In this document: one piece after another, positions 36,863 through 47,349 of the stretch
Layout: every line of letters starts with the position of its first letter
Position numbering within the stretch: position 1 is the first letter of the stretch
DNA from: an uncultured Acidobacteriota bacterium
GTDB lineage: Bacteria > Acidobacteriota > Vicinamibacteria > Vicinamibacterales > CAVVIG01
Assembly (NCBI GenBank): GCA_963757355.1
Contig: CAVWRG010000003.1
Location: forward strand, 1,541,120-1,605,119
Direction: 5' to 3'
Length of the DNA stretch: 64,000 nucleotides
Notes under the pieces: model-generated
Database searches by the model: none
The model's input: only the letters and a program-made list of their open reading frames with translations
Told to the model about the DNA's origin: nothing
Position numbers and translations under genes: made by a program

Positions 36863-39518
36863 TCAATCCGCATTCCGCAATGTCTCCGTCGGATCGATCC
36901 GTGATGCGCGCCGCGCGGGAAACCAGCCGGCCGCCACCGTCGCGATCGCGAGCGACGCGCACACCAGCGCCAGCGTCCGCGGATCGCTCGGATCGATGCC
37001 GACGACCATGGAGGCCACGCTCTGCCGCAGCGCAACCGCGAGCACCAGTCCGGCGCCGATGCCGACTATCGCGCCGCGGAGCGTGCCCGCCAGCACGAGG
37101 CGCATCACTCGCTCCGGCTCCGCGCCGAGCGCCAAACGGACCGCAAGCTCGCGCCGCCGCTGCACCACCGAGTACCGACGCGGCGCCGAAGACGCCGAGC
37201 AGCGCAAAGATCAGCGCGGCGCCGCCGAACACCGTCAACAGCCACGCGGCGGCGCGCGAGAGCCAGAGCGACGTGCTCATCAGCGACGTCATCGTCCGCA
37301 CGTTCGCAATCGGCTGATCCGGATCCACCGCGCGAACGGCCGCGCGAACCGATGGCACGATCGCCAATGGATCCCCAGCTTCAGTGGAGACGACGAGCGT
37401 GAGGCCGCGCCGCATCCCCCGCAGCGTCTCGCCGGGCACCGCGTCGATCTGTTCCGCTGGCCAGTACATTTCCGGCGGCGGCGGCGTGCCCGGACCGAAG
37501 TGCCGCACGTCGGCGACGACCCCCACGACTTCGGCCCAGCGCTCCTTCGGCGGAGCGTAGGTGCCCGCGAACGTGATCCGCGTGCCGACCGGATTGCGCG
37601 TGCCCCACCCCTCACGGCGCAGCGTCTCGTTGACGATCGCGACGAGCGGGCGATCCGCCGTATCGGCGTCGGTGAACGTGCGGCCCGCGCGCAGCGGAAT
37701 CCGCATCGCTTCGATGTAGCCGGGAAGGACGATGCGATAGTGCGCAATCGTCGGCGGATCGAGCGGCGGCGTCCCCTCGACGCGATACGGACGCACGGAT
37801 GTGTTGCCGCTGAGCGGCAGCGCATGGATCGCCCCGGCGGCGCGGACACCGGGGATCGATCGCAGCCGCTCGAAGACGGAGCGATAGAACAGATCGACGC
37901 GGCGATCGTCGTTGTAGCGCGCGACGGGCAGCGCGACGGTCATCGAGACGACACTGTCCGGCCGAAATCCCGGTTCAACCGCCGCCATGTGCGACAGCGT
38001 CTGCGAAAGCAGCGCAGCGCCGGCGACGAGGACGACCGCGAGTGCGACTTCGACGGCGACGAGCGTCTGCCGCACACGCGACGCGCGACGACCGGCGGAG
38101 CGCTCCGACGCCGTCGCCGCGATACTCGCGCGCGAAGCGACCAACGCCGGAACGGTGCCGAACAGCGCGCCGCATACGACCGCGACAATGGCGGAACACA
38201 CAAGCGCGGGCGTGTCGATCGCGATCGGTTTCCAGGTGACGAGATCGGCTGGCCGCAACGCCTCGACAAGCGGCTGCGCGAACCACGCGAGCGCCACGCC
38301 ACCCAGCGCGCCGACGACTGCGAGCAGCACGCTCTCGGTCAGCAACTGGCGCACGATGCGCATCCGGTTCGCCCCGATCGCCATACGCACGGCGAGCTCG
38401 CGGCTGCGCGCGACGCCGTGTGTCAAAAGCAGACCGGCGACGTTGGCGCACGCGACGAGGAGCAGCAGCGCGACCGCGCCGACCATCGCGCGCAGCACGC
38501 CGGTCGTCTTGCCGACGATCGCCTCGCGCGCCGGAATCACCGTGACGCCCCACTCCTTCTTCTCCGGGAATTCGCGGCGCAGCGTCGCCGCGACATCATG
38601 CAGCTCGCGATCGGCCGCCGCGACCGCGATCCCGTCGCGCACGCGCGCGACGGCGAGCAGCGCGTGGCCCGATCGGTCCGCGCGATCCGCCGCTGTCAGC
38701 GGCATCGGCACCCACACCTGCTGCTGCACCCTGGGAAACATGAATCCGCCCGGCATGACGCCGACGACGGTGTACGGGCGATCGTCGAGCACGATCGTGC
38801 GGCCGAGGATCGGCGCGCCGCCATACCGCGTGACCCAGAGCGCACGGCCGACAAGCGCGACGTTCTCGTGGCCCGGCTGAAAATCCTCGTCGGCGAACAA
38901 ACGGCCGCTGATCGGCTGCACACGGATCGTTTCGCCGAATCCGCTCGACACCGCGCCGACGCTCACCTGCTGCGGCTCGCCGTCGGATGTCAGATTCTGC
39001 TGCCGTTGATCGATCGCGGTGAATGCTGAAAACGTATGCGTACGATCCTGCCACTCGAGTAGCGTGCCGGGTGTGACCGACACGTTCGGCGCGTGCTGCG
39101 TCAGGAAGTCTTCGAAGATGACGACGAGTTGATCGGCGCGCCCGTATGGAAGCGGCGCGAGCAGCACGGCATCTACGACGGTGAACAGCGACGTCGTCGC
39201 AGCGACAGCGACGGCGAGCATCACCGCGGCGAGCGCCGTCAGGCCGCGCGAGCGGCGCAACACGCGCACGCCGTACTTGATGTCCTGCAGCACTTCTTCG
39301 AGGGGCAGCCAGCTTCGCTGGTCGCGCCACGCCTGCTTCGTGCGATCGACGCCGCCGAGCTCGCGCACCGCGGCCGCGTGCGCGGCGGCCGGATCGAAAC
39401 CGCGGCGCTCGAAGGCGCTCGCCAGTTCCTCGACGTGAAATCGCAGCTCGTCGTCCAGCTGCTCGTCGCGCCGCCCGCGCCGCCCGACCGCGATGAGGCG
39501 TATCATCCATTCGCGCAC
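36863..39518 (-). CDS. ADOP-family duplicated MacB/FtsX-type permease, with apparent 1-nt frameshift near 37175
   Basis: N-terminal signature DDELRFHVEELA..VLQDIKYGVRVLRRSRG, two MacB_PCD/FtsX halves. The long ORF (to 36717) turns into Arg/Gly/Ala-rich sequence after ..LLGVFGAAS. ORF 36863-37207 continues in another frame with the expected YSVVQRRRELAVRLALGAEP..RIDPTETLR. Confidence 0.85.
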
Positions 39519-39527
39519 AGCCCGCTC

Positions 39528-39869
39528 CTATTCGTTGGTGCTCAGGATCCGATTGATGATCCCGGAGGTCCGCACCCAGTTCTCGGTTTCCTGCTTGAGT
39601 TGGCGCCGTCCTTTGGAGGTCAGCGAATAGAAGCGGGCGTGGCGGTTGTTCTCGGATGTGCCGATGCGCGATTGCACCCAGCCGCGCTGCTCGAGCCGCA
39701 GCAGCGCCGGATAGAGCGTCCCCTGGTTGAGCGACAGCATCGATCCCGACACCTGCTGGATCCGCTGCGCGATGCCGTAGCCGTGCAGCGGCCCGAGCGT
39801 GTCGAGCGTCTTCAGCACGAGCAGATCGAGGGTGCCGCGCAGGATGTCCGTTTTCTCACTGGCGCTCAT
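39528..39869 (-). CDS. PadR-family transcriptional regulator
   Basis: LRGTLDLLVLKTLDTLGPLHGYGIAQRIQQVSG..LNQGTLYPALLRLEQRGWV. Lies 9 bp upstream of the ADOP permease, the usual pairing. Confidence 0.9.
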   Translation of the reverse strand: MSASEKTDILRGTLDLLVLKTLDTLGPLHGYGIAQRIQQVSGSMLSLNQGTLYPALLRLEQRGWVQSRIGTSENNRHARFYSLTSKGRRQLKQETENWVRTSGIINRILSTNE

Positions 39870-40125
39870 GACACGTCGCTCCTGTAGATATTCAACATGA
39901 TTGACATGTTGAAAGTCAACAGGAGAGGCTGAACCGCAGCGGACCGTGTCGAATGCGCGACGAGGAGAGGGAATATTTCCAGTCGGCTCCTCGCTGTCCT
40001 GGAAATGCGAAAGCTCGATCCTGCCGGGAAACGGTTTCCACCGGACGCCTGCGTGTTGGCAACCGGCCCGGAAAGCGGATCACGTCCATTCGCACGCGCG
40101 GGAGAACGCGCGCGAGGCGGCACGG

Positions 40126-40200
40126 CTCAAGGGCTTCCAGCTTCGCGATCTTCGTCACGAGGCGGCTTCTCGATTCGAGGAGGCAGGCGTGCTCAATCCG
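40126..40200 (+). pseudogene. tyrosine-integrase remnant (box II only)
   Basis: LKGFQLRDLRHEAASRFEEAGVLNP resembles the HDLRHEAISRLFE.GLNP box of phage-type integrases. No N-terminal or catalytic-Tyr part is present. Confidence 0.35.
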
Positions 40201-40271
40201 TCCCACACGCATACGACGCCGAAGCGTCGTCCACGCCGAGCAAGTTGTTCCTCGCGGTTGACGCCGTCGTT

Positions 40272-40571
40272 TCAGGTCTGTTTTGCGCGACGTTGTTGAT
40301 GACTTCGCGTGAGGCGCTTGAGCGTGGCGAAGTCGCCAGCAATCAGAGCCTCTTTTTTCGCGGATGTCCAGCGTTTCAGCTGACGTTCCCGCCAGATCGC
40401 GTCCTTGGTTGAACCGTATTCTTCAGAGTGTACGAGCGTGACCGGTCGTCTTTCGGCAGTGTAGCGCGCCCCGAATCCGTCGTTGTGAGTCTTTACTCGC
40501 GAAGCGATGTTGTCGGAGTGGCCGATGTAAAGAGAGCCATCCGAACAGCGAAGCATGTAGACGAACGGCAT
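40272..40571 (-). CDS. GIY-YIG nuclease family protein (small stand-alone type)
   Basis: MPFVYMLRCSDGSLYIGHSDNIASRVKTHNDG..ERQLKRW: GIY/YIG, conserved Arg and Glu in order. Confidence 0.85.
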   Translation of the reverse strand: MPFVYMLRCSDGSLYIGHSDNIASRVKTHNDGFGARYTAERRPVTLVHSEEYGSTKDAIWRERQLKRWTSAKKEALIAGDFATLKRLTRSHQQRRAKQT

Positions 40572-40690
40572 CCGGACGACGATGCCATCGTCTTCGGGGA
40601 TTTGGCAAACGGTAAACTTTATCGTGGAGTTGACTAGGACTGTGCCCTTCGACTCGCTGCGCTCGCTCAGGGCATTCGACAGGGTGAAGG

Positions 40691-41190
40691 GCTTGCCATG
40701 CGCGAGCCTGCCGGCTCACTGTCAGGCGGCGGCAGGCGAGTCGAATGGAGGATAGCCTGCCATGAGCGAGCCTGCCGGCTCGCGTTAGGCAGCGGCAGGC
40801 GAGTCGAATGGAGAATGGCCTGCCATGAGCGAGCCTGCCGGCTCGCGTTAGGCAGCGGCAGGCGAGTCGAATGGAGGATGGCCTGCCATGAGCGAGCCTG
40901 CCGGCTCGCGTTAGGCAGCGGCAGGCGAGTCGAATGGAGAATGGCCTGCCATGAGCGAGCCTGCCGGCTGGCCGTCATGTAGCGGCAGGCGAGTCGAATG
41001 GAGGATGGCCTGCCATGAGCGAGCCCGCCGGCTCGCGTTAGGCAGCGGCAGGCGAGTCGAATGGAGAATGGCCTGCCATGAGCGAGCCCGCCGGCTCGCG
41101 TTAGGCAGCGGCAGGCGAGTCGAATGGAGGATGGCCTGCCATGAGCGAGCCCGCCGGCTCGCGTTAGGCAGCGGCAGGCGAGTCGAATGG
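40691..41190. repeat. 63-bp minisatellite, about 8 copies, abutting tRNA-Leu
   Basis: Unit CCTGCCATGAGCGAGCC(T/C)GCCGGCTCGCGTTAGGCAGCGGCAGGCGAGTCGAATGGAG(G/A)ATGG starts at about 40693, 40756, 40819, 40882, 40945, 41009, 41072 and 41135. Each unit has an internal hairpin GCGAGCC-NNNN-GGCTCGC. Confidence 0.95.
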
Positions 41191-41273
41191 TGCGGAAGAG
41201 AGGATTCGAACCTCCACGGGGTTGCCCCCGCCAGCCCCTCAAGCTGGTGCGTCTGCCGTTCCGCCACTTCCGC
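41188..41273 (-). tRNA. tRNA-Leu (anticodon GAG)
   Basis: GCGGAAG TG GCGG..CGC A CCAGC TTGAGGG GCTGG, long variable arm CGGGGGCAACCCCGT, GGAGG TTCGAAT CCTCT CTTCCGC A CCA. Perfect acceptor stem, encoded CCA. Confidence 0.9.
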
Positions 41274-41340
41274 GAAGAGGGTGTGGGCCGCTATCAGCCC
41301 CTTGCACGTGCGTCTTGCCGCGACCGGCCGAGATCGGATT

Positions 41341-41658
41341 CTACTTCGGCGGCGTCGCCGGCGCTGTCGGCACCGCGGGCTTCGTCACCGGAGGCGGGGG
41401 CGTCCCGCCGAGCAGCGATCGCGGACCGCGCTGCCCCATGACCGCCAGCAACAGCGCCAGCAGCATGAACAGCGCCGCCAGCACCGTGGTCGCCTTCGTC
41501 AAGACCGTCGCGCTACCGCGCGCGCCGAACGCCGACGAGCTGCTGCCGCCGCCGAACGCCGCCGCCATGTCGCCCTTGCCTTGCTGCAGCAGAACCACCA
41601 GCAGCAGCACCAGGCAGACGAGCACGTAAAGCGTTGTGAGCAAGTAGTAAGACAACAT
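41341..41658 (-). CDS. secG: preprotein translocase subunit SecG
   Basis: MLSYYLLTTLYVLVCLVLLLVVLLQQGKGDMAAAFGGGSSSSAFGARG..TKATTVLAALFMLLALLLAV, the canonical SecG pattern. Pro-rich tail. Confidence 0.88.
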   Translation of the reverse strand: MLSYYLLTTLYVLVCLVLLLVVLLQQGKGDMAAAFGGGSSSSAFGARGSATVLTKATTVLAALFMLLALLLAVMGQRGPRSLLGGTPPPPVTKPAVPTAPATPPK

Positions 41659-41690
41659 ACTGATAACTCTGGCCGCGCGGGAAACCCCGA

Positions 41691-42458
41691 TTATACAGCA
41701 GCCGGGCGGCTCTTTGTCACGATCTCCGCAAAGCTGCGGACCTCGAGGCTCGCGCCGCCGACCAGCGCGCCGTCCACGTCGGCTTCCGCGATCAGATCGC
41801 GAATATTGTCCGGCTTGACGCTTCCGCCGTAGATCACCTGACAATGCTCGGCCGCGTGCGCGCCAAACCATTGCCGCAGGCGCGTGCGAATGTGCGCATG
41901 CACCTCGCCCGCCTGCGCCGCCGTCGCGTTCCGCCCGGTGCCGATCGCCCAGACCGGCTCGTAGGCGATCACGAGCTCGGCGACCTGCTCGGCGCTGACC
42001 GCATCCAGTCCGTCTTTGATCTGCCGGTCCAGAATCGCCAGCGTCTCATTGCGCTCCCGCTCGTCCAGCGTCTCGCCGACGCACACGATCGGCGTCAGGC
42101 CCGCCCCGATCGCCGCCATCGTCTTTCGATTGACGATCGCGTCGGTCTCGCCGAACAGACGCCGCCGCTCGGAGTGGCCGACGATGACGTACTCCGCGCC
42201 GGCTTCCGCGATCATCGCCGCCGACACCTCGCCGGTGAACGCGCCTTCGCGCTCCCAGTGGAGATTCTGCGCCGCGACCCCGATGTTGCTGTTGCGCGCC
42301 GCTTCGGCGACGGCGTGCACCGCGGTGAACGGCGGAGCGACGACGATTTCCACGTCGCCGATGTCCTTCACCACGTTCCGCAGCTCCTTGGTGAACAGGA
42401 CGGCGTCGTGCACCGTCTTGAACATTTTCCAGTTGCCGGCGATCAGAGGTATCCGCAT
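41691..42458 (-). CDS. tpiA: triose-phosphate isomerase
   Basis: IAGNWKM, VIVGHSERR, AYEPVWAIGTG, IYGGSV. Confidence 0.95.
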   Translation of the reverse strand: MRIPLIAGNWKMFKTVHDAVLFTKELRNVVKDIGDVEIVVAPPFTAVHAVAEAARNSNIGVAAQNLHWEREGAFTGEVSAAMIAEAGAEYVIVGHSERRRLFGETDAIVNRKTMAAIGAGLTPIVCVGETLDERERNETLAILDRQIKDGLDAVSAEQVAELVIAYEPVWAIGTGRNATAAQAGEVHAHIRTRLRQWFGAHAAEHCQVIYGGSVKPDNIRDLIAEADVDGALVGGASLEVRSFAEIVTKSRPAAV

Positions 42459-42473
42459 ACAAAACCTGTCGCT

Positions 42474-42545
42474 TGGGGCAGGGGGGTGGATGGGGCAGGT
42501 GGGGCAGGACCTGCCTGACCCGCCCTGCCTGCCCTACCTGCCCTT
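42474..42545. repeat. composite G-run / C-run inverted repeat between pgk and tpiA
   Basis: TGGGGCAGG-type units (GGGGCAGGGGGGTGGATGGGGCAGGTGGGGCAGG), then ACCTG, then the inverted CCTGCC-type units (CCTGCCTGACCCGCCCTGCCTGCCCTACCTGCCC). Confidence 0.8.
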
Positions 42546-43736
42546 TCAATTATCCGTGAGCGCCGCCACGCCAGGCAGCGTTCGACCGGCAAGAAACTCG
42601 AGCGAGGCGCCGCCGCCGGTTGAAATGTGTGTGATGCGATCGGCGACGCCCGATTTCTTCACCGCGGCAATGGAATCGCCGCCGCCGACGATCGTCGTCC
42701 CGTCCACGGCTGCCACCGCGCGCGCCACGGCATTGGTGCCCGCGGCGAACGCCTCGATCTCGAACACGCCCATCGGCCCGTTCCAGACGACCGTCTTCGC
42801 GTCAGCGATGAGGGCGCCATACGCGGCGATCGTCGCCGGGCCGATATCGACGCCGAGCCGCTCACCGATGCCCGCGTCGCCGACCGCCAGCACTTCGTGC
42901 GCCGCGCCTTCCTGCACGGCGTCGGTGACCACGTGGTCGACCGGTAGCTCGATCCGCATGCCACGCGCGGTCGCGTCGGCTTCGATCGCCCGAGCGGCGC
43001 CGAGCTTGTCGTCCTCGACGAGGGATCGACCAACCGCCACGCCGCGCGCCTTCAGGAAGGTATACGCCATCGCGCCGCCGATCAGCAGCCGGTCCACTTT
43101 GCCGAGCAGATTCTGGATCACCTCGAGCTTGTCCGACACTTTCGCCCCGCCGAGGATGGCGACGAACGGCCGATCCGGCGACTCGAGCACATGCCCCAGA
43201 TACTGCAGCTCGCGCTCCATCAGCAGGCCGGCCGCGGCCCGGCGGAAATGGTGCGTGATGCCTTCCACCGAGGCGTGCGCCCGATGCGCCGCGCCGAACG
43301 CATCGTCGACATACTGATCGGCGAGCGACGCGAGCGCCGCCGAGAACTGCGGATCGTTCTGTTCCTCTTCCGGATGGAAGCGCAGGTTCTCGAGCAGGAC
43401 GACGCCGCCGGTTTTGCGCACCTTCGCGATCGAGGCGTTGACGTCCGCGCCGACACAGTCGTGCGCGAATGTGACGCCGCGGCCGAGGAGCTGGGCCAGC
43501 CGCGCCGCCACCGGCCGCAGACTCAGCTGCGGATTCGGTCGTCCTTTCGGCCGGCCCAAATGGCTCGCGGCGACGACCGTGGCGCCGTGCTCGAGCGCGT
43601 ACTTAATCGTCGGCAGCGACGCGCGAATGCGCGTGTCGTCGGTGATCTCGCCGTCCTTCAACGGCACGTTGAAATCGACCCGCACGAACACGCGCTGGCC
43701 CATCAAGTCCAGATCGACGACCGACAGTTTCGCCAT
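42546..43736 (-). CDS. pgk: phosphoglycerate kinase
   Basis: RVDFNVPL, AILGGAKVSDK, ISTGGGASLEFL. Confidence 0.95.
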   Translation of the reverse strand: MAKLSVVDLDLMGQRVFVRVDFNVPLKDGEITDDTRIRASLPTIKYALEHGATVVAASHLGRPKGRPNPQLSLRPVAARLAQLLGRGVTFAHDCVGADVNASIAKVRKTGGVVLLENLRFHPEEEQNDPQFSAALASLADQYVDDAFGAAHRAHASVEGITHHFRRAAAGLLMERELQYLGHVLESPDRPFVAILGGAKVSDKLEVIQNLLGKVDRLLIGGAMAYTFLKARGVAVGRSLVEDDKLGAARAIEADATARGMRIELPVDHVVTDAVQEGAAHEVLAVGDAGIGERLGVDIGPATIAAYGALIADAKTVVWNGPMGVFEIEAFAAGTNAVARAVAAVDGTTIVGGGDSIAAVKKSGVADRITHISTGGGASLEFLAGRTLPGVAALTDN

Positions 43737-43804
43737 GTTGTTATGGGGGGCGGAGCCGCGTCACCTTTTCAGTAGGGGCGGACCGGCGTGTCCGCCCGGG
43801 CCGA

Positions 43805-44839
<1,035 letters not shown>

Positions 44840-44857
44840 CTACAATAGCCGCTCCCG

Positions 44858-46192
44858 ATGTACCTTGCTTACAGCCTGCTGACGCTGGTCGTTTTTGTCG
44901 TCGTATCGCCCTATTTCGTCTACCAGGCGATTCGCTACAACAAGTACATCGGAAGCCTGCCACAGCGGCTTGGCTATCTGCCGATCTCCTTCAACATGGA
45001 CGGGGAGGAGTCGATCTGGATCCACGCAGTCTCGGTCGGCGAGGCGCTCACCGCGCGGGCGCTGGCCGCCGAGCTCAAGGCCCGGTATCCGCGCCTGCGG
45101 CTGTTTCTGTCGACGACGACGATCGCCGGGCAGCAGGTGGCGCGGCGCAGTCTCCAGCATGTCGACGCGGTGTTCTATTTTCCGTTCGACTGGACCTTCA
45201 TTGTCCGGCGGACGCTGAACCTGGTGAAGCCGCGGCTCTTCATCATGATGGAAACCGAGATCTGGCCCAACCTGCTGCATGAGTGCCGCCGGCGCGGCAT
45301 CAAGAGCATCATGATCAACGGGCGCATCTCATCGCGCTCGTATCCGCGCTACCGGCTCGTGCGCCCGTTCTTCCGCCGCGTGCTCGCCGACGTCGACCGG
45401 TTCTGCATGCAGAGCGAAGAGTCGGCGCGACGGCTGATCGATCTCGGCGCCGATGCCGCGCGCGTCGCGGTGACCGGCAGCCTGAAGTTCGATTCGCTCG
45501 AGATGCCGGCCGCGACGGCGCACGGCAAGCCGCGCGAGCGCGTGCTGCGGTTCTTCCGCCTCTCGCCGCACCGCACGATTATCATTGCCGGCAGCACGAT
45601 GCGCGGCGAAGAGGCGGCGGTGCTGCGCGCGTTCAGCCGCGTGAAGGCGAAGTCGCCCGGGGCGCTGGCGATCGTCGCGCCGCGGCAGCCGGAGCGGTTT
45701 GGCGAAGTCGAGCGTTTGGCGCGCGAGATGGGCTTCGTCACGATGAAGCGATCCGATCTGCCGATCGACGTCGAGCCGCGCGCCGACGTGATCGTCCTCG
45801 ACACGATCGGCGAGCTGGCGCAGCTGTATCAGCTGGCGACCGCGGTGTTCGTCGGCGGCAGCCTCGCCGATCACGGCGGCCACAACATTCTCGAGCCAGC
45901 CATTTTCGGCAAGCCCATCGTCTTCGGCCTGCACATGCAGAACTTCAAGGAGATTGCCGACACGTTTCTGGCCAACGGCGCGGCGGTGCAGGTAGCGTCT
46001 GAAGACGAGCTCGACGGGACGCTGATCGCGCTCGTCACCGATCCGGTTCGCCGCGCAGGGCTCGGCGCGGCGGCGCGCGCGCTCGTCGAAGCCAACCGCG
46101 GCGCGAAGGGCAAGACGCTCGAAGTGATTGCGGGTCTCCTGCCGGCGCCGTCGTCCGGTGCGGTCGTCCGTCCCTTCCGATTGGTGCATTGA
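44858..46192 (+). CDS. waaA: 3-deoxy-D-manno-octulosonic acid (Kdo) transferase
   Basis: IWIHAVSVGEALTARAL, ETEIWPN, GGSLADHGGHNILEPA. Confidence 0.9.
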   Translation: MYLAYSLLTLVVFVVVSPYFVYQAIRYNKYIGSLPQRLGYLPISFNMDGEESIWIHAVSVGEALTARALAAELKARYPRLRLFLSTTTIAGQQVARRSLQHVDAVFYFPFDWTFIVRRTLNLVKPRLFIMMETEIWPNLLHECRRRGIKSIMINGRISSRSYPRYRLVRPFFRRVLADVDRFCMQSEESARRLIDLGADAARVAVTGSLKFDSLEMPAATAHGKPRERVLRFFRLSPHRTIIIAGSTMRGEEAAVLRAFSRVKAKSPGALAIVAPRQPERFGEVERLAREMGFVTMKRSDLPIDVEPRADVIVLDTIGELAQLYQLATAVFVGGSLADHGGHNILEPAIFGKPIVFGLHMQNFKEIADTFLANGAAVQVASEDELDGTLIALVTDPVRRAGLGAAARALVEANRGAKGKTLEVIAGLLPAPSSGAVVRPFRLVH

Positions 46193-47349
46193 TCCGGACG
46201 CTGAGCTCGGCGTATGGCGCAGTGGCCGCGTGGCGGCGCCGGTGGTATGCCGCCGATTCCGCCCGGCGGCACCGGCTGCAGCGGCCGGTGATCAGCGTCG
46301 GCAACCTGCGCGTCGGGGGCAGCGGGAAAACACCGGTCGTCGCGTACATTGCGCGTCTGCTCGTCGCGCACGGCGAGCGGCCGGCCGTGCTCACGCGCGG
46401 CTACGGCCGCCGCATCGTCGCCCCCGGCGTGACGGTAGTGTCCGACGGCGCCGCGGTCCACGCCGGCCTCGACACCGCCGGCGATGAGCCGCTGCTGTTG
46501 GCGCGCGAGCTGCCGGGCGTCGCCGTGCTCGTGGGCGCCGACCGCTATCTGTCGGGTCGTTTGGCAGAGGCGCGGCTGGGCGCAACGGTCCACCTGCTCG
46601 ACGATGGGTTTCAGCATTTCGAACTCGAGCGCGATGTCGATCTGCTGTTGGTGAGCGAAGACGATCTAACCGACGCGCTCCTGCCTGCAGGCCGGCTCCG
46701 CGAGCCGATCTCCGCGGCGTCGCACGCCGATGCGGCGCTCGTGCTGGCCGGCTACGCGTCGGCGGCCGATCGTATCGGCCGCGCGTTCGGTGTGTCGACG
46801 GTCTTTCGTGTCACGCGCGCCCTTGGCGCGCCGCGAATGGTCGCCGGCGCGCGCGATTCCGTCGTGCTGCCGTCGGGCACGCGCGTGTTCGCCGCGGCCG
46901 GCATCGCGCGTCCGGAGCGCTTTTTCGGCGATCTGATCTCCGTGGGTTGGGAGCTCGTCGGGTCGATGACGTTCGCCGATCATCACCGCTTCACCCGCCG
47001 CGACGTCGCGCGGATCGCTGCCGCGGCGAAGGCCTCCTCGGCGGCGATCGTGCTGACGACCGAGAAAGACGCGATCCGTCTCGCCGCGTGCGACCTCGGC
47101 GATCTGCCCATCGCTTCCGTTCCACTGGAGGTTGGCCTCGAACCGGCGGACGCGTTCCGCGACTGGCTGATCGAACGTCTCCGTACGGCACGCGTGCAGC
47201 ATTCGGCCGGTAGCACCGCTGCACCCGGCACCGCAGCACCCGGCACTGCAGCACCTAGCACCGCAGCACGTAGCACGCAGCACCCGAGCACCTCAGCACC
47301 CAGCACCTCAGCACCTAGCACCGTGCCCCCTGAGCACCCCGATCAATGA
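46189..47349 (+). CDS. lpxK: tetraacyldisaccharide 4'-kinase with low-complexity C-terminal extension
   Basis: VISVGNLRVGGSGKTPVV (P-loop), DDGFQH, TEKDAIRL. TTG start overlaps the waaA stop. Confidence 0.88.
   Translation: MIRTLSSAYGAVAAWRRRWYAADSARRHRLQRPVISVGNLRVGGSGKTPVVAYIARLLVAHGERPAVLTRGYGRRIVAPGVTVVSDGAAVHAGLDTAGDEPLLLARELPGVAVLVGADRYLSGRLAEARLGATVHLLDDGFQHFELERDVDLLLVSEDDLTDALLPAGRLREPISAASHADAALVLAGYASAADRIGRAFGVSTVFRVTRALGAPRMVAGARDSVVLPSGTRVFAAAGIARPERFFGDLISVGWELVGSMTFADHHRFTRRDVARIAAAAKASSAAIVLTTEKDAIRLAACDLGDLPIASVPLEVGLEPADAFRDWLIERLRTARVQHSAGSTAAPGTAAPGTAAPSTAARSTQHPSTSAPSTSAPSTVPPEHPDQ

Larger units (their letters stand above)
39946..41187. mobile_element. decayed integrative-element remnant flanking the 3' end of tRNA-Leu
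   Basis: Between the PadR gene and the tRNA-Leu 3' end lie only an integrase scrap, a GIY-YIG gene and a minisatellite. Confidence 0.4.

Noticed and set aside
40691-41190. Possible CRISPR array.
   Set aside because: The units are directly adjacent with no unique spacers, the period equals the repeat length, and no cas genes are nearby.
40667-41832. ORFs of 94-293 aa with internally repeated 21-aa blocks (40667-41242, 40698-40982, 40911-41267, 40951-41832).
   Set aside because: They are translations of the 63-bp minisatellite (63 is divisible by 3) in several frames on both strands. They also run through the tRNA-Leu gene.
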